A DNA stretch of 64,000 nt, from the NCBI GenBank assembly GCA_028534125.1, contig CM052817.1, positions 106,890,001-106,954,000 of the forward strand, in the 5' to 3' direction. The notes below the pieces were generated by a model. It worked only from the letters and a program-made list of their open reading frames with translations, did not search any database and had not been told where the DNA came from. The first letter of the stretch is position 1; each line of letters starts with the position of its first letter. This DNA is from Lama glama (taxonomy: Eukaryota). Positions 11,480 through 25,770 of the stretch are shown one piece after another. Position numbers and translations under genes: made by a program.

Positions 11480-14470
11480 TTTTCTGCTTTTTATCAAGGT
11501 GAGGACATTCATGTGCATTCCTATTTTTCTGAGAGTTTTTATCATGAAAGGGTGTGGACTTTTGTTAAATGCTTTTTCTGCATTAACCGATAAAATCATG
11601 TGACTTTTGGTTTTGTCTGTTAAGACAGTGAAGTTTGCTTTCTGACTAAAGATACGGTCTACTTCGGTGTATGTTGCATGGTATTCATTGTTGTGTATCC
11701 GTTGTTGTGTGGACTGCTCTGTAAGTGCTGATTCGATCTTGTTGGCTGAGGGTGCTCAGTTCTTTTACATCTTTGCTGAATTTCAGCCTAATTGTTTTAC
11801 CAACTGGTTAAAGAAAGGAGTTGAAGTCTCCAACTATAATAGTGGATTTGTCTATTTCTCCTTTCATTTCTATAAGTTCTTGTTTCATGGATTTTGAAGG
11901 TCTGCTGTGTGATAGATACTCATTCAGGATTGCTATGTCTTCTTGGTGAACTTATACTTTGATCATTCTATGATACCCTTCTCTGTCTCTAGCAATTTTC
12001 TTTGCTCTCTTGTGTACTTATCTCATATTAATATAGCTACTCATGCTTTCTTCTGATTAATGTTTGCATAATGTAACTCTTCCCCTTTTACTTTCAACCT
12101 ATCTACACTGTTATGTATGAAATGATTTTTTGTGAACAGCATATAAGTGGGTCAGATTTTTTTAATACACTCTGCCAATCTTTATCTTTTAATTGGTATA
12201 TTTAAGCTGTTCACGTGTAATGCAATTATTTGTATGTTAGACTTTAAGTTTGCCAATTGTTTTCTGTTTGTTCTGTTTTTTTTGTTTCTCGGTTTTCTCT
12301 TCCCTGTCTGCCTGTGTGTTACCAGAACATATTTCAGTGTTCCATTTTGCTTCATTTAGTATTTTGGGGTGTATCCTTTTGTATAGTTTTTAGTCATTGC
12401 TAGGTATTCCATTATATATTTATAACTTGTAACCATCTCCTGGTGTCCTTATTTTACCAGTTTGAGAGAAGTATAGAAACCTTATCCTTATGTTGTTTTA
12501 CTCTCACCCTCTTACAATGGGCTAAAATATTTTTCTACGTTCATTAAGAACCATATCTAGCAGTGTAACAACTTTTGCTTCAACTCTCAAACATAATTTA
12601 GGAAACCCAAAAGAAGAAAAAAAAGTGTTTTGTATTTATGTGTTTACTCTTGTCATTGTTCTTTCTTCCCTTCAGATGTTGCAAGTTTCCTTCTTTCATC
12701 ATTTCTTTTGTTTTGAGAACTTCTTTTAGCCTTTCTTTTAAGGACACTCTATTGGCAAGAAACCTGATTAGTTTTTCTTCATCTGAGAACGCCTTGATTT
12801 CCTCTTCATTTGTGAAGTATATCTAGCTGAGTATAGGATTTTGTGTTGACAGCTCTTTGCATTCATCACTTCAAAAATATTGTGTGACTTCCTTCTGGCT
12901 TCCGTGGTTTCTCATGGTGAATCTGTTATTCAAATTGTTTTTCCTGTACTGTTAGGATGGCATGTCTCTCTTTCTTTTCAGCCATTATTTTTCACCCATA
13001 ATTTCTTCAAGTGCTTTTTCAGTTTTGTCTTCCTTCTCTGCTTCTTCTAGGACTCTGATGACAATAATGTTAAATATTTTGTTATGGTCCCAAGGGTCCC
13101 TGGAGGTCTGTTTACCTTTTTTTCAATCTATCTTTCTCTGCTATTCAGAGTGGGTAATTTCTACTGCTCTGTCTTCAAGTTCACTGATTCTTTCCTCTAT
13201 CCCCTCTAGTCTGCTCTTAAGTTCATTCACTGAGTGTTTTTGTTTGTTTGTTTGGTTGGTTGGTTGGTTGGTTACCATATTTTTCAGTCTTAAATGTTCC
13301 ATTTCTCTTTTTATATCTTCTATTTCCTTGGTGATACTTTCTACACTTGTTTGTTTCAAGCACACCTGTAATGCTTGTTGAAGCATTTTTATGATGAATG
13401 CTCTAAGACTTTTACCAGATAATTCTAACATTTTTGTCATCTGAGTCTTGGCATCTATTTATTGACTTTTTTCATTCCGTTTGAGATCTTCCTTGTTCTT
13501 GCAATGAGTGGTTTTCTTTTGAAACCTAGGCCTTATGTAATGGGATTTTGGATTTTATTTAAATCTTGTCTGTTTTAGTTCATTTTTTCCACAGGGGTGA
13601 ACAGAAGTGGAGGGTGCACTGCCTCAAAGCTGCCAGATAGGGTAGAATTTCAAGTTCCCTCTTGACCTTCTCTGACATCCAAGGGGAGGGCCTAGGCATC
13701 ACTGTTGGAGCTCCTGTCCCCTGCCACCCACCTCCCCGGCTGAGAGGGGACAAGGGGCCATGTCACTGCTCCCCTTATGGCCTCCACTGACATCATGGGG
13801 GGAGGACTGGCCTCATTCCTGCTGGTTGGGAGAAAAGTCCTGACTCTGCAGTCAGTGTCCTCAGAAACCACCGCAGCAGGGAGAGAAGGTGGGGCATCTC
13901 ATTACTGCTCACACTGTGGGGCAGGTGTGGAAATCTACATGGTCTCTACCGACACTGCCTGGGAGGGAGGAAAGTCCCCACTCCTGCTCTGCTCCCTCTG
14001 ACCCTAGATCCTAGTAGGAGGAGGCTGGCCTTGGAGGCCACGGGAGCCCGAGGACAGTGGAAACCAGGCTTCCCAACTAAGCCCTGGATGCCCGGGGGAA
14101 GGTGGGGCCCCAGTTCTCCCTGCAGCGTTGTACTGGAGCAGTGCAGCTGCTGTCTCCCAGTTTTTGGTTTTGCTGGCTGCCTGTTTCTTGGTTCTTTGGC
14201 CACAGAGCAGGCTTGTTTTGTTTGGTCTGAATTCACTGGCGATTCTGGGTTGCCAGCTCCTGTAGCTCCGAGTCTGGGATGCATGAAGCATAAAGAAACC
14301 GGGAACATGTCACCTCTGGTCCTGAGGTCTCTAGCCAGCCTGCCTTCTTCTCTCCACCTTCCAGAGTCATCTTATGTTGGTTTTATATATAACGTCAGGA
14401 TTTTTAGTTCTACTTAGTGGAAGGAGGAGAGAAAATACATTTATTCCATCTTCCCAGAAGCAGTTTTTAT
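11480..14470 (-). mobile_element. Ancient L1 fragment (5' region, ORF1, ORF2 remnants); boundaries approximate
   Basis: ORF 13141..13440 (..NELKSRLEGIEERISELEDRAVEITHSE) resembles the L1 ORF1p coiled coil; the plus strand is T-rich like antisense L1. Confidence 0.7.
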
Positions 14471-16949
14471 AAAACTGAAACTGCAGTAAGCTACTATCAA
14501 CACTAGAGGTCTCTTCTCACACACTTTTGATTTTATTTATTGCATTTATTTTTTTGAAAGGCTAATTTTAAGCATTCTCAAACATAATTCTAAGGGACTA
14601 AATTGGTCCTTTAATTTATTTTCAATTCCTAAATATCCAAAATTTCTCAAATTTCATCTTGGAAAAAAAATCAGCTTTATCTAATTATTTTCTCAAGATT
14701 ACATTATTCCGTGGGAGAGGCTATCGGCCAGAGTAAACCGTGGACTTATCACTCACCCACATTAATCAGTTTATTTTTGACATGTTAGAGCCATTAAAGT
14801 CTTTGAAGGAAGCACACTTACAGTAAGGTTTCAGAATTTCAAAATTAGTTTTATGATTTAGGTATCTTTCATCAAAAAGCATTCATTGAAAACCTAATTG
14901 TTCCCCCAACCTGCAGAAAAGCAATTTACAAAAACCAACCAAACAAACAAACAAAAAATCATTTACCCATTTTAACCAATCTTGTGAGCTGTACGGGACA
15001 CCAGAGGTTATCATACTTGAATCTCTCAATTTTTGTTTACCAAATGCAAGCCAAAAACTGAGTTCAATGTTGCGTCTGGAAAAACTGGGACTTCTTGGGG
15101 CTTCCCCAGTGGATTGGCAGCTCCCACTGCAGCGTTGCCTGCTCTGACCTCTCACCCACATGCTTTCGCTTTCGTCTTCTTTCAGAATAAATTGTCACCA
15201 CAGGAATTCTGAAGGAAGCTCCTGGTGCCTGTGGAAACATAGCTTTTCATTCCATTTCAAGGGTAGGTGAAGGTCATACACCAGTTCTCTAACCCAGCTC
15301 TCCGTGAGCCTGTGGCCGCCTAATTGAAACCCTGTTTTTATCTTCAGATAGAGGAATTCCCATGACTTCTAACCGGACCAGCAGGATTTTACTCTTAAAC
15401 CTCTTCTGCATCTAGAAATCAGAAATCACCATAACAAAACATGGAGGTCATTTCAAACTGAGCTTCCCTAAACTTTTGACCTTTTTGCTTTTGTGAGTGA
15501 AGAAAGTGGTGGAAAAAATTTTCTTCCAATAGAAAGCTTTTTAGTTGCCTATTATTCAGAACTGGTGGTCTTGACAGCTTAGGGGGTAAAAAAGGGCGTC
15601 AAAAATCTGCATAATGAAAGACATCCCCTGCCATGAACTGTAAGAGTGATATATGCGCCTGCTGGAGTTTTCCAGAGCCTTCTCCTCTGGCCACCTGCTG
15701 ACCCCTGCCTCTACTTGTGAACTCACCCCCAGAAGCCAGCACCTGCTTCACCTCCCTCATGCAGGGTCTGGAGGAAAACGAGATAAGAAATGCAAGCAGG
15801 ATATGAAAAGTCCAAAGTAATGTTTAAATTTTCTTTGTGAATAAACTTTAGTCATTTTACTCTACAAGTTTTTTTTTTTCCTTCCCCAAAGCTGGAGGGA
15901 ACATTGCTGAAGCTTGTCTGTTTGCTGGCAGTGTGGTAGAGGGGTTTGGGGGGCAAAAACAGAACAACATGTAAGACACATAGCAGTGTAACTTAAAGTG
16001 CTGGAGGAAACACGAGGGCTGTTTGTACTGACAGTGAGAGGACAGAGGGAAGAAATAAACAGCTCCAGGTCCTGAGCGCCTTGTCTATTTCAAAAGCAGT
16101 GTTTCCTTTAGGCTTAAATGAAAGGACGCCACTAAGCGCTTCTAAGCAGAAGAGCCAAATGAATCGATTTACATTTAAGAAGGATGTTGCTAATAGTTCC
16201 TGGACTAAGGGGTGAGGTGAGGTCACAAGATGAGTTGGAAGCCGGAGCCCAGGAGAGACACGGTGAAGCCCCGCACCGAGGCAGTGACAGCAGACTAGGA
16301 CTGTGGAAGGATGCTGAGCAGATGGGACTTTGGGTCCTTGGTTCTGTTTGGGGGGGAGAAACGGGAGTTAAGTGTGACTCAGATTTTCTGAAGGAGAAAA
16401 CTGGATCGATGGTTTTAAATGCTGTTGTTGTTGTTTCGTATTATATTCTCCTCAGTCTCTAAGAATAGATCTCCTCCTAATTTTGATTTCACAGTTTTCC
16501 CAAGATGTGCGAAACCAAGTCCCCATTATGCACTCGTACCTTGTGTGAAGTTGTAGATCATCTCAGACTAATGTAATATATAGTATATCCAAAATTCAGC
16601 GTTCAAAAATAATTGAAAAGTGAAAGCATTTTATGTGGAAATGGCATGATTTCTTGAATGTTCTTCAAAATAATCCACTGAGAGAGCAGGGGTATAAAGG
16701 GATAAAAATGAAATAATATTGGCTTCTTGTGAATAATTGTTGAAAATGAGTGCCCAGAGGAGTGGCAATATACTATCCTCTCTACCTCTGTGAATGTTTT
16801 AAAGTTTACATAATAAATACTTTTAACTAGTTAAAAAGAAAATTAAATTGAGGTACAATTTCTAAAAAAATTTTTTCTAAGGAAATTTTGTCTCAAAGTA
16901 AAAGCAAGAGAATACCATTCTGGGAATTGGGTAGTAATGGCTGTTCAGT

Positions 16950-17035
16950 ATTTTTCTTTTGTTTTGTTTTTATTGAAATATAGTTAGTTATGATGTGTCA
17001 GTTTCTGGTGTACAGCACAATGTCCCGGTCATGCA
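16950..17035 (-). mobile_element. Short L1 3' tail
   Basis: tttattgaaatatagttag...tctggtgtacagcac; gttcagt duplicated on both flanks. Confidence 0.6.
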
Positions 17036-17985
17036 GTTCAGTTTTTTAATCTCTCTGAATTTCCCTATAAAAACAAGCAGAGAAACCTCGAAAGCAAAAC
17101 CAAAGACGGAGATGTACTAAATTACTATCAGTGACTCCCTGGAAAGCACGGTGGACTTTTCTGAGAATGGCTGCAGAAACAGGGCGGGCGACTGATTAGC
17201 AGATGTTGTTGTGCAGAAAGTTCCATAAGGGATGCAGGATCTGAGGATGCTGGGTTGGTGCAGGGGCTCGTGTCTGTGAATCCCCCGCAGTGACAAACCA
17301 GACCAACACTCCTCGGCACAGCCCTGCATGGAGAAGATGCTCAGAGTAGAGTCGTCCTTGAGAAGGACAGGATGGTAGGGGTAAAGGAAAGAGAAGGTCC
17401 AGATAAGATTAGGGGAGAGGAACAGGAGAGGAACATCCCACACAGTTCTCTGCTGTACTTTTTATTACTTTCTGAAAACAACAAAACAGAGAACCCTAGC
17501 GTCATGAAGTCAGAAAAGCTATCCTGGCTCATTTGTCCCTCTTAAAAAGACAGAAATACTCAATTCACTTAAAAATGAGCTGCAGAAAACAATTTATCAA
17601 ATTTCAAACCAAGTTGTTATAATTAGACAGAAAAAGAGAATTGGGAGTGTATTAAATCCTTGCATACTATGAAATAGTGCCAGAAATTCAAGCTAATGCA
17701 ATGAAGGAAAACTTTAGCCTTATAGTTCAAAATACAGTTAAAAAATAATATAAGGAGAACTATGATAAGCATTGACAGAACATGAAAAATTGGAATTTTT
17801 AAAAAATAGCATACATAAGAGTATACATAGAAAATGTTAAATGAAAAGCAAAAGGACTGAGAACTTATTTAGAAAAAAATCATTTGAGAAAGAAAGATAA
17901 ACCAAAATAAACACAATAACAAACACAACACAAAATACTAGGGAAAGTAAAAGACAGCAAAGGAGGAAGTTTGTTTAAACTTTGC

Positions 17986-18717
17986 TTTTTATTGAAGTGT
18001 AGTTGATTTACAATGTTAGTTTCAGGTGTACAGCAAAGTGATTCAGTTATACATACACATACACATACATTTATGTTCTTTTTCTGATTCTTTTCCATTA
18101 TATGTTACTGCAACAAGTTGAATATATTTCCCTGTGTATATATAGTAGGTCCTTGTTTATCTATTTTATATACAGTAATGTGTATCTTTTAATCCTAAAC
18201 TCCTAATTTATGCCTCTTCTGCCCTTTCCCTTTGGTAACCATAGTTTGTTTTCTATGTCTGTGAGTCTAGTTTTGGTTTGTAAATAAGATTTGTATCATA
18301 TTTTTTTAGATTTCACATATAACTGATATATGATATTTGTCTGACTTACTTCACTTAATATGATCATCTCTAGGTCCATTCATGTTGCTGCAAATGGCAT
18401 TATTTTACTCTTTTTATGACTGAGTAATATTCCATCATATATATATATATTATATGTATATACTCTCTCACATCTTCTCTATTCATCTGTCGGTGGACAT
18501 TTAGGTGGCTTCTATGCCTTGGATATTGTAAATAGTGCTGCTATGAACATTGGGGTGCCTGTGTCTTTTCAAGTTAGAGTTTTCCCTGGATATATGCTCA
18601 GGAGTGGAATTTCTGGAGCATAGGGTTAGTTTATTTTTAGTTTTTTAAGGAACCTCTTTACTGCCCTCCATAGTGGCTGCACCAATTTGCATCTCCACCA
18701 ACAGTGTAGTAGGGCTC
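17986..18717 (-). mobile_element. L1 3' end
   Basis: ttattgaagtgtagttgatttacaatgttag...catgttgctgcaaatggcatt...gtgctgctatgaacattgggg. Confidence 0.9.
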
Positions 18718-19031
18718 ACAAATGAGGAAATGTTTAAATATTGAAAGGAAATGAAGAAAGAGGTAAAAAAGGATTTGATAGAAAGTGGTAGACTTAGAAA
18801 ACAGTAAAAGAAGATCTAACGTGTATATAGGGGGTCTCTGAAGAGGAAAACCAAATAAATCAAGCAAACAGATGCTGAAATCTAAAATTCAATAGAACTT
18901 TCTTTAGGGGAGATGTGAAACTATTTATTGACTGTTCCACTTGCTTGTATGTATAGTAGCCAACCACTCAGTGCAAGATTTATTCTAACAGAACTATAGC
19001 TCTTCAGGGGGTAAAATGTCCTGTAGGCACA

Positions 19032-19358
19032 TAGAATTGGCCCTCCATAACCAAAGGTTTCATATCCAGTGGTTCAACCAACTTCAGATCCAAAATATTC
19101 AAGAAAAAACTCCAGAAATTTCCAAAAAGCAAAACTTGAATTTGCCACACACTGGCGACCATTTACATAGTATTTACATTGTATTAGGTGTTGTAAGTAA
19201 TCTAGGGATGATTTAAAGTATACAGGAGGGTGTGCTTAGGTTGTATGCAAATATATTATATGCACCATTTTATTAGGAACTTGAGCATGTGTGGATTTTG
19301 GTACCCATGTAGGGGTCCTGGAACCAATCCCCCATGAATATCAAGGGACAAATTGTAC
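19032..19358. mobile_element. Tigger/MER2-type DNA transposon fossil
   Basis: ggccctccata...ggttcaaccaac...aagcaaaacttgaatttgcc...gtcctggaaccaatcccc...gggacaaattgta. Confidence 0.7.
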
Positions 19359-19834
19359 TCAAAAGGAAAATAAACTCAGTTTGTCATCAGATTTTGAGTT
19401 AGCACTACTTTATGCAAGAAGACAATGGCATGCTCTTTTTAAGATGCTCAAGAAAAGAAATGTGAGCTAAGGATTTTAGATTCAGCCACATGGAATTTCA
19501 AGTGCAAGATCTTTCCCCACAAATCTTTCTTAATGAAACTTCTAGAGAACTAACTTCAAACAACCAAAATGACCAGAGAGACAGTATCGTAAAGATGGTG
19601 AAATATAGCTAAGATTGTGAACCTGGCCCACCCATTTCAGGAAAATCTCTATAATTTTACACCAGACCACAAACTTTGGCTTATTTCAAGCCAAGAATTG
19701 TTTGCTTTAGTGGCTTCAACGTTTCTAGTTTAGATTCAGACAACTAAGTCAACTTTTACCAGCTTTGTAGGGGAAAATATTTCTGGGAGACTTGGGACAC
19801 ATTTCAAAGAATGAACGTAAACTTTTAGCAAGCT

Positions 19835-20310
19835 GTAGGTAATGAATGTCCCTTGCTGCCTGATAAATTGCTCCTAAAACCTACCTACTTAAAACAACAA
19901 ATAATTTCTGTGGCCAAGAACTGGGGAGCAGCTTAGCTGTTTGTTTCTACCTCAAGGGCTTGCATGACGTGGAGGACAACTTGTCTACCAGGGCACCAGG
20001 CACCTCAAAGCTTCGCTGGAGCTGAAACGTCCTTCCACGCTCACTCACGTGGTGTTGGCCGGCCAGTTGGTCAGCACATGGGCCTCCGCCCGGGCTGCCT
20101 GAGCAGCCTCGAGGCATGTCAGCGGCTTTCCCCAAGAGCTGTGCTCCGAAAGAAAAGCATGAACCCAAGACAGACGTCACTGTCTTTTACAGTCTAATCT
20201 TGGACGTCACATACCTTCACTTCTGCCATGTTTTGTGGACCAAATGCAACATGGAAGGGGGCACAGGGGTACAAAAACCAGGAAACAGAGATCACTGAGG
20301 GCGACTGGGG
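19835..20310. mobile_element. Old MLT1 LTR
   Basis: aaacctacctacttaaaacaaca...ctgtggccaagaactggggagcagcttagctg...cacttctgccatg. Confidence 0.55.
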
Positions 20311-20980
20311 GGGCGCTCAGGGATGTCAATTTCTCAAAGTCACATAATTGGAAGGAGGAAGATCTGGATTTTAAACCTAAATCTATGTGACTTCAGAAAT
20401 TATTCTATTTGTAATATATTCAAACCAAGATGGAATGTGGATCATTCATGTTCTAGATCTTTCTCTTGTAATTAAACGACAAGAAAAATGGAGCTAACTT
20501 TTCCAAGGGTCCCATACCTATTCTTTCAACAGATAAATGGGTTTCAGCTGGCTCTCAAGTGACCTTGGATGTCCACACACACATCTTCAAAGTGCAGCCT
20601 AACAGCTTAGCCGCTCACTGCTTCCAGTAGAAACTCATAATTTTCACATGTAACTTAAGTCCGTGTGTTTTCAGTAACGAAGGAACAGAATGGTCTGGAT
20701 TACAGGAGCCCACCCTACATTTTAAGGAAGTGGTTTTGTTGACACTTTTCATTATACAACATCAAATGCACTTTCTTGAAGCTATCACTGCCAATCTCAG
20801 CAGAAATGTCTTTCCCCATTGAGAAGCTGTCAAGTTTACAATAGCAGATGCAGATTTTCCAAATTCTAATTTTCACTTGACGGCTTGTATTTTATTGTGG
20901 GCAGCAAATACTATTAGTCGTTTTCCCTGACATGGTGGGCTAACCTTTTTCATTTTTGGAAAAAAAAAAAGTTTACCAAA

Positions 20981-21347
20981 TGTCTTAGTCAGTTTGGGCG
21001 GCTATAATAAATTACCATAGACTGGGTGCTTATGAAGAACAGAAATTTATTTCTCACAGCTCTGGCGGCTGGAAGTCTGAGGTCAGGGTGACGGTGTGGA
21101 CGACTGCTGGAGAGAGCGCTCTTCCAGGGTGCGGCCTGCTGACTTCTCGTGTCCTCATGGGTGGAGAGCAGAGGGAGGCAGCAAGCTCTCTCGTCACCCT
21201 TATAAGGGTGCTAATCCCACTGATATAGGGCCCCCCCATGACTTCTCCTAATCTGACGACCTCTCCCAGTCCCCCCTCTTCATACCATCACATGGGGGAG
21301 CAGGGTTTCAACATGAATTTTGGAGACACAACGTTCAGTTCCTAACA
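20981..21347. mobile_element. MaLR solo LTR (MLT1A/MST-like)
   Basis: TGTCTTAGTC...ctggaagtctgaggtcaggg...ttcaacatgaattttgg...TAACA; 5-bp flanks ccaaa/tcaaa. Confidence 0.8.
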
Positions 21348-24300
21348 TCAAATATCTGAATCTGAATAATCACAGTCATTCCTTTGGAAAAAATTGTGTT
21401 CCTGAAATTCTACCCCCACCCTCCAAAAAAGAGAAAAAGCTAGGTACCTTTATGCTCAAAAAAGTGCATTTTTAAAAAACCACTTCATGGAGGTATGACT
21501 GGTATACAAACAAAACATTCCTGCTTCAGTCACTGCAGAAGCACTCTATTTGTATTTCCATTTCTTCATCCAGAATGATAAAAAGGCAAGTACTCAAGAG
21601 ACAAGATTGCATGAGGTGTTAAAAATTTTACTGCCTCATCAAGGCCTGGTGAGTTTTTGTTTGTCAGTTTGTTTACTGCAAGCATGTGATGGTGACAACC
21701 ACAGTGACCACTAGGTGGCCAGCGGTTTACACACCCATGCTTTGTACCATCTGTGCAAACGTCAACACAGAGAAAAGAGCAAATGTGTTAGTATTATGAT
21801 GATTTCCAAAATGACAAAGTTTATAGAACTTTTGACCGGGCAGACCTTGAAAGTGCCTTGAGGACCACCGCTCTGAAACTGTCAGCATCCTTAGACTCTG
21901 ATCACTTAAAGCCTTTCACCTGAGTTGCTGAGGCTTTCTGACCTTCGCCTTAATCCTGCTGCCTGAGCCCTTGGTCTGGGCTCAGCCCCGGCTCCCTGTG
22001 CTGACAGTAACCTCAACCACATCCCGTTTCTGGGAGACTGCATGCTTCACCCCAGTCCCAGGCAGCTCAACCCCAGGATCCAGATGCTTGGACCAAGAAG
22101 AATGTTAACAGGACTGTGAAAGTAACGTTGGCATCGATTCACTCCAAATTACTTTTGGAGGGGAAAGCAGTTTGGTTGTTTTGCTTTGTTTTTTCTCACA
22201 AATCTGTATCTTTCAGGTTTGGTCATGTCCTGGGACTCTTTAAAAGGTAAGACTCTGAGCAGAGGACATCTGCCCTGTCCCCTGGGCAGCGGAGGCATGA
22301 GAGCAGCACGTGGGAGGGGGGGTCCCCAGTCTCTCCCCTCCCCTGTCGGGAAGGTCAACAGGAGAAGAAACACTCAGGGAGTCGGGACTCCCCACCAGCC
22401 GGCGTTCACCCTGCTGGTCCTCGGGGAGTGACTTTTTCAGGTGAATCTTAGAAATTCCACATTGTACATGTTCTTTTCTGAGGCTAGGTTTGCATGGGAG
22501 TCAATAACTATAATTTTCTTTAGAAATAATAATCATAACTGTGTGGTGCTGCGGCCGAACCCCTTCCCCACTCACATCCCCAGTCTGTCCTCTGCTATGT
22601 ATTCACGTTCTGCTCGGCTACTTTGTTTCTTCTGCGCTTTTGGTCATTTAGATGCTATCAAAGCAAACTACCCGGTGATCCACGATCACACAAATTCTAT
22701 CATTTGAGAGTAACTGGAGGGTACCCTGGGCTAGAAATAGCTTGCTTGCAGGTGGTTCTGCCCCCAGGGAGTTGAAATCTGAGCAGTGACCGAAAGGGAT
22801 GGGTCGAACGTGTTCTGGAAAATGCGTGGGCTCGGCGGTTCCCTGACGCCGGGCAGGATGCGGACTACTGGCCCCCCCCCCTCCGGCCCCAGGTTAGATC
22901 AGCGCCTCTGTCCACCCTCCCTCTGCCTCTGTCAGGGTGGCTGCTCCATCTTAGGCACTCAGAGTAGGAATTTTAAGTCTTGTTTTTTGGGTTTTTTTGG
23001 GGGGGTGGGGCGGTGAGAGCAAGGTTTCATTTTTTCTTTAATTTCTCATGTTCTGTTGAACATCAAATTCTACTGATTTTTTTCCTTTGAATCATCTTTG
23101 TTCCTCCCTCCTCTCTGGACCCCATGCTTCCGGGCCCGGGTTACCCGCCTTCTACTCGCTCACCCTTGTGTCCTGGACTCCTGCCCAATCAGATCTGCGT
23201 TTCACAACGTCGTCTCATCACATCCTTCCTTCTGCTCCCCTGCTTCCTTCCTTTATTCCTAGCACTTACGGATCCCCTAGAATAACGAATACCATCTCTG
23301 TGGAACACGTTTGTCCACGTAATGTCACAGCCCCTTACTCACTGCAGTGCGTTTCAGGGTCTCCTGACCCCGAGGCCCGTCCAGTGGGCGCGGGTCCTCG
23401 CTGTCCAGGCGCCGCCTTCCGCAGCCCCTCCTCCCCCCGAAGACCTCAGGACGGAGCTGGAGGCTCTTCTCTGGGCGCCTCACTCCTTGTCCATCCTTCC
23501 TTCATCTGAGCTTCCACAGCGCGCAAAATTTAACTCTAAACAGTCTATTCTTTGCTCCTCTTCGTTAATCTTGCATCCTCGCTGTGAAGAGTCACTTATC
23601 TGTCAGTTATACCTAAACGAAGAAAATATAAATATTTGTAAGTCATTTTACTTCTGAATATTCAGCAGTACTGGGCAGTTACAAAGGCTCTTCAGTAAAT
23701 GCATGTTCGTTGATTGTCCAATTTATCTGTATAACACGGGCCCTTCAGGGGCTGGGTAAGATGTTCATTTACTAAAACCTTTGCAGTGTCTTGGGCACTG
23801 CTCTGGGTGCCGGTACAGTATCCCAGGCACTGTTCCAGGTGCTGGGAACAGCGTGGTTACCGAGAGAGAACGCACGAAGCACAGGAATGGCGCTCCATCC
23901 TGGTTTCAGGAAGAACGAGGACTATTTGCACACAGAGCCCAGATGCAGGGAGTGGTTCTGAGACCAGACATCTATCTCGGTGCAATGATGCCCCAGCATT
24001 TGTTTGCTCCCCAAGAAACAGGGGTCTGTTGCACTCAGCTTCCAACACCCCTGCCTTTAATTCATCACTTTCTTGACCTCATGGGCCTCTCCTTATTCAC
24101 GATTTTTGTGTGTTCCTCATTGTCCTTGTCTCATGGCTTCTGCATACTGACTTCTTTGATTACAGCCTTTGCTCTTTTTTTCCTTTGCAGAGAAACTCCC
24201 CCAAAGAACGTGATGAGTTCAAGTTGGCTGTTACTTTCTCTGCCGGTCTTAGTGCTCCTGTTAGAATCTTCTAGATTGCTGGCAAGCCTGCATTGGCAAC

Positions 24301-25292
24301 TCTTGGACCAGGCATCGCCTGTGATCTGGCTGTGATTGAGGCTGCTTGATAAAATATTCATTCATTATCCTGGGATCACTCGATAAGTCTTGCCCCTTAA
24401 GGCCTGAGAAATGGGAGACATTCAGCCAAAAGAAGACTACAATTTGAAGGCATGTTGGTTCACTTTAGTCTTGTCTGTAAATATCTGGCATCAAAAAAAC
24501 TACCTGGACCATAGTCAGTGCCCATGAATGAAATGAGCTCATTAAATGACATCTGGTAGACCTGTGCACGGCTTCATCTCAGTGCTACATGTGACACTGA
24601 CTTGATCCTAAATCAGTTTTTATAGTCTGATATAAATTGACACCCTCAAATATTGTGATATACCTCCACTCCACTGGCTCCCATCAGACCACACGGCAAG
24701 TCAGCTCCTCGGTCTTAGGCCAGAGACTTCATGTTATTAACAGTTTCTACATTTAAGTATCTACAGAAAGAAAAACATGGGACTAGCTTTTATTTTTGAG
24801 GCCCGAATACCCTAGATTGAATTTCTTTCCCTAAATTTACTTCAGATTCTGAATTTACTTCAGATATTATATTCTCTGCTTGGACAATTTTTCCCACAAT
24901 GAAAATCGTTATGGTCTTATTGACTGCCCATGAAATAAAGTCTTTTCTAAGATCCTTTAACCTAGCGTGCAATGTTTTGATCGCCTTTATCAATGTTCCT
25001 GTGATGTAGTCATGGCATTGTTAAAACTAACTGGGCAGTTAAGTATAGTTGCATACATAGACAGGAATTTTATTGTGGTTGGCTAACACATGCGTATTAA
25101 AAAAGTGCAATTCACAAATTATTTTCTAGTTGCAGTCAGTGTTTTTGTTTCCCTTTTAGCAGGGTAAATTCTCATTCCTAGTCAGGTCTTCCTGAAGTGT
25201 CTGGCCACCTAGGGCGCAGTCTGCCTTCCTCTTCTCCGTTCTGTTACTGCCCCTTTCAACCTCTCTTAGTTGACATTTTTAGTGAATGGCCT

Positions 25293-25770
25293 CTCAAATG
25301 TCCATCGACAGATGACTGGATGAAGTTGTGGTATATTTATACAATGGAATACTACTCAGCCATAAAAAAGAATAGAATAATGCCACTTGCAGCAACGTGG
25401 ATGGACCTGGAGATCGTCATTCTAAGTGAAGTAAGTCAGAAAGAGAAAGAAAAATTCCATATGACATCACTCATATGTGGAATCTAAAAAGAAGGCAAAC
25501 TTATTTACAAAACAGAAACAGACTCAGATACAGAAAAGAAACTTATGGTTACCAGGAATTGAAGGGGTGGGGGTGGGAAGGGATAAATTGGGAATCTGAA
25601 AATTGCACCTCTTCGGGAGTGATGGAAATGTTAGCTATCTTGAGCATGGCGGTGGTTTCACGGGTGTAAATACCTATCAAAATTCATCAAAATGTACATC
25701 TATAGTTTCCTGTACAGGAATCATACCACAATAAAGGGTGTTAAAAATAAAATAAAAATAAAAATTATCA
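25293..25770 (+). mobile_element. L1 3' fragments
   Basis: Encodes KCPSTDDWMKLWYIYTMEYYSAIKKNRIMPLAATWMDLE (L1 ORF2 end), followed by older L1 3'UTR. Confidence 0.85.

Noticed and set aside
13141..13440. Coiled-coil ORF as a domesticated gene
   Set aside because: It looks like a decayed L1 ORF1p fragment with an inserted simple repeat, inside an old L1.
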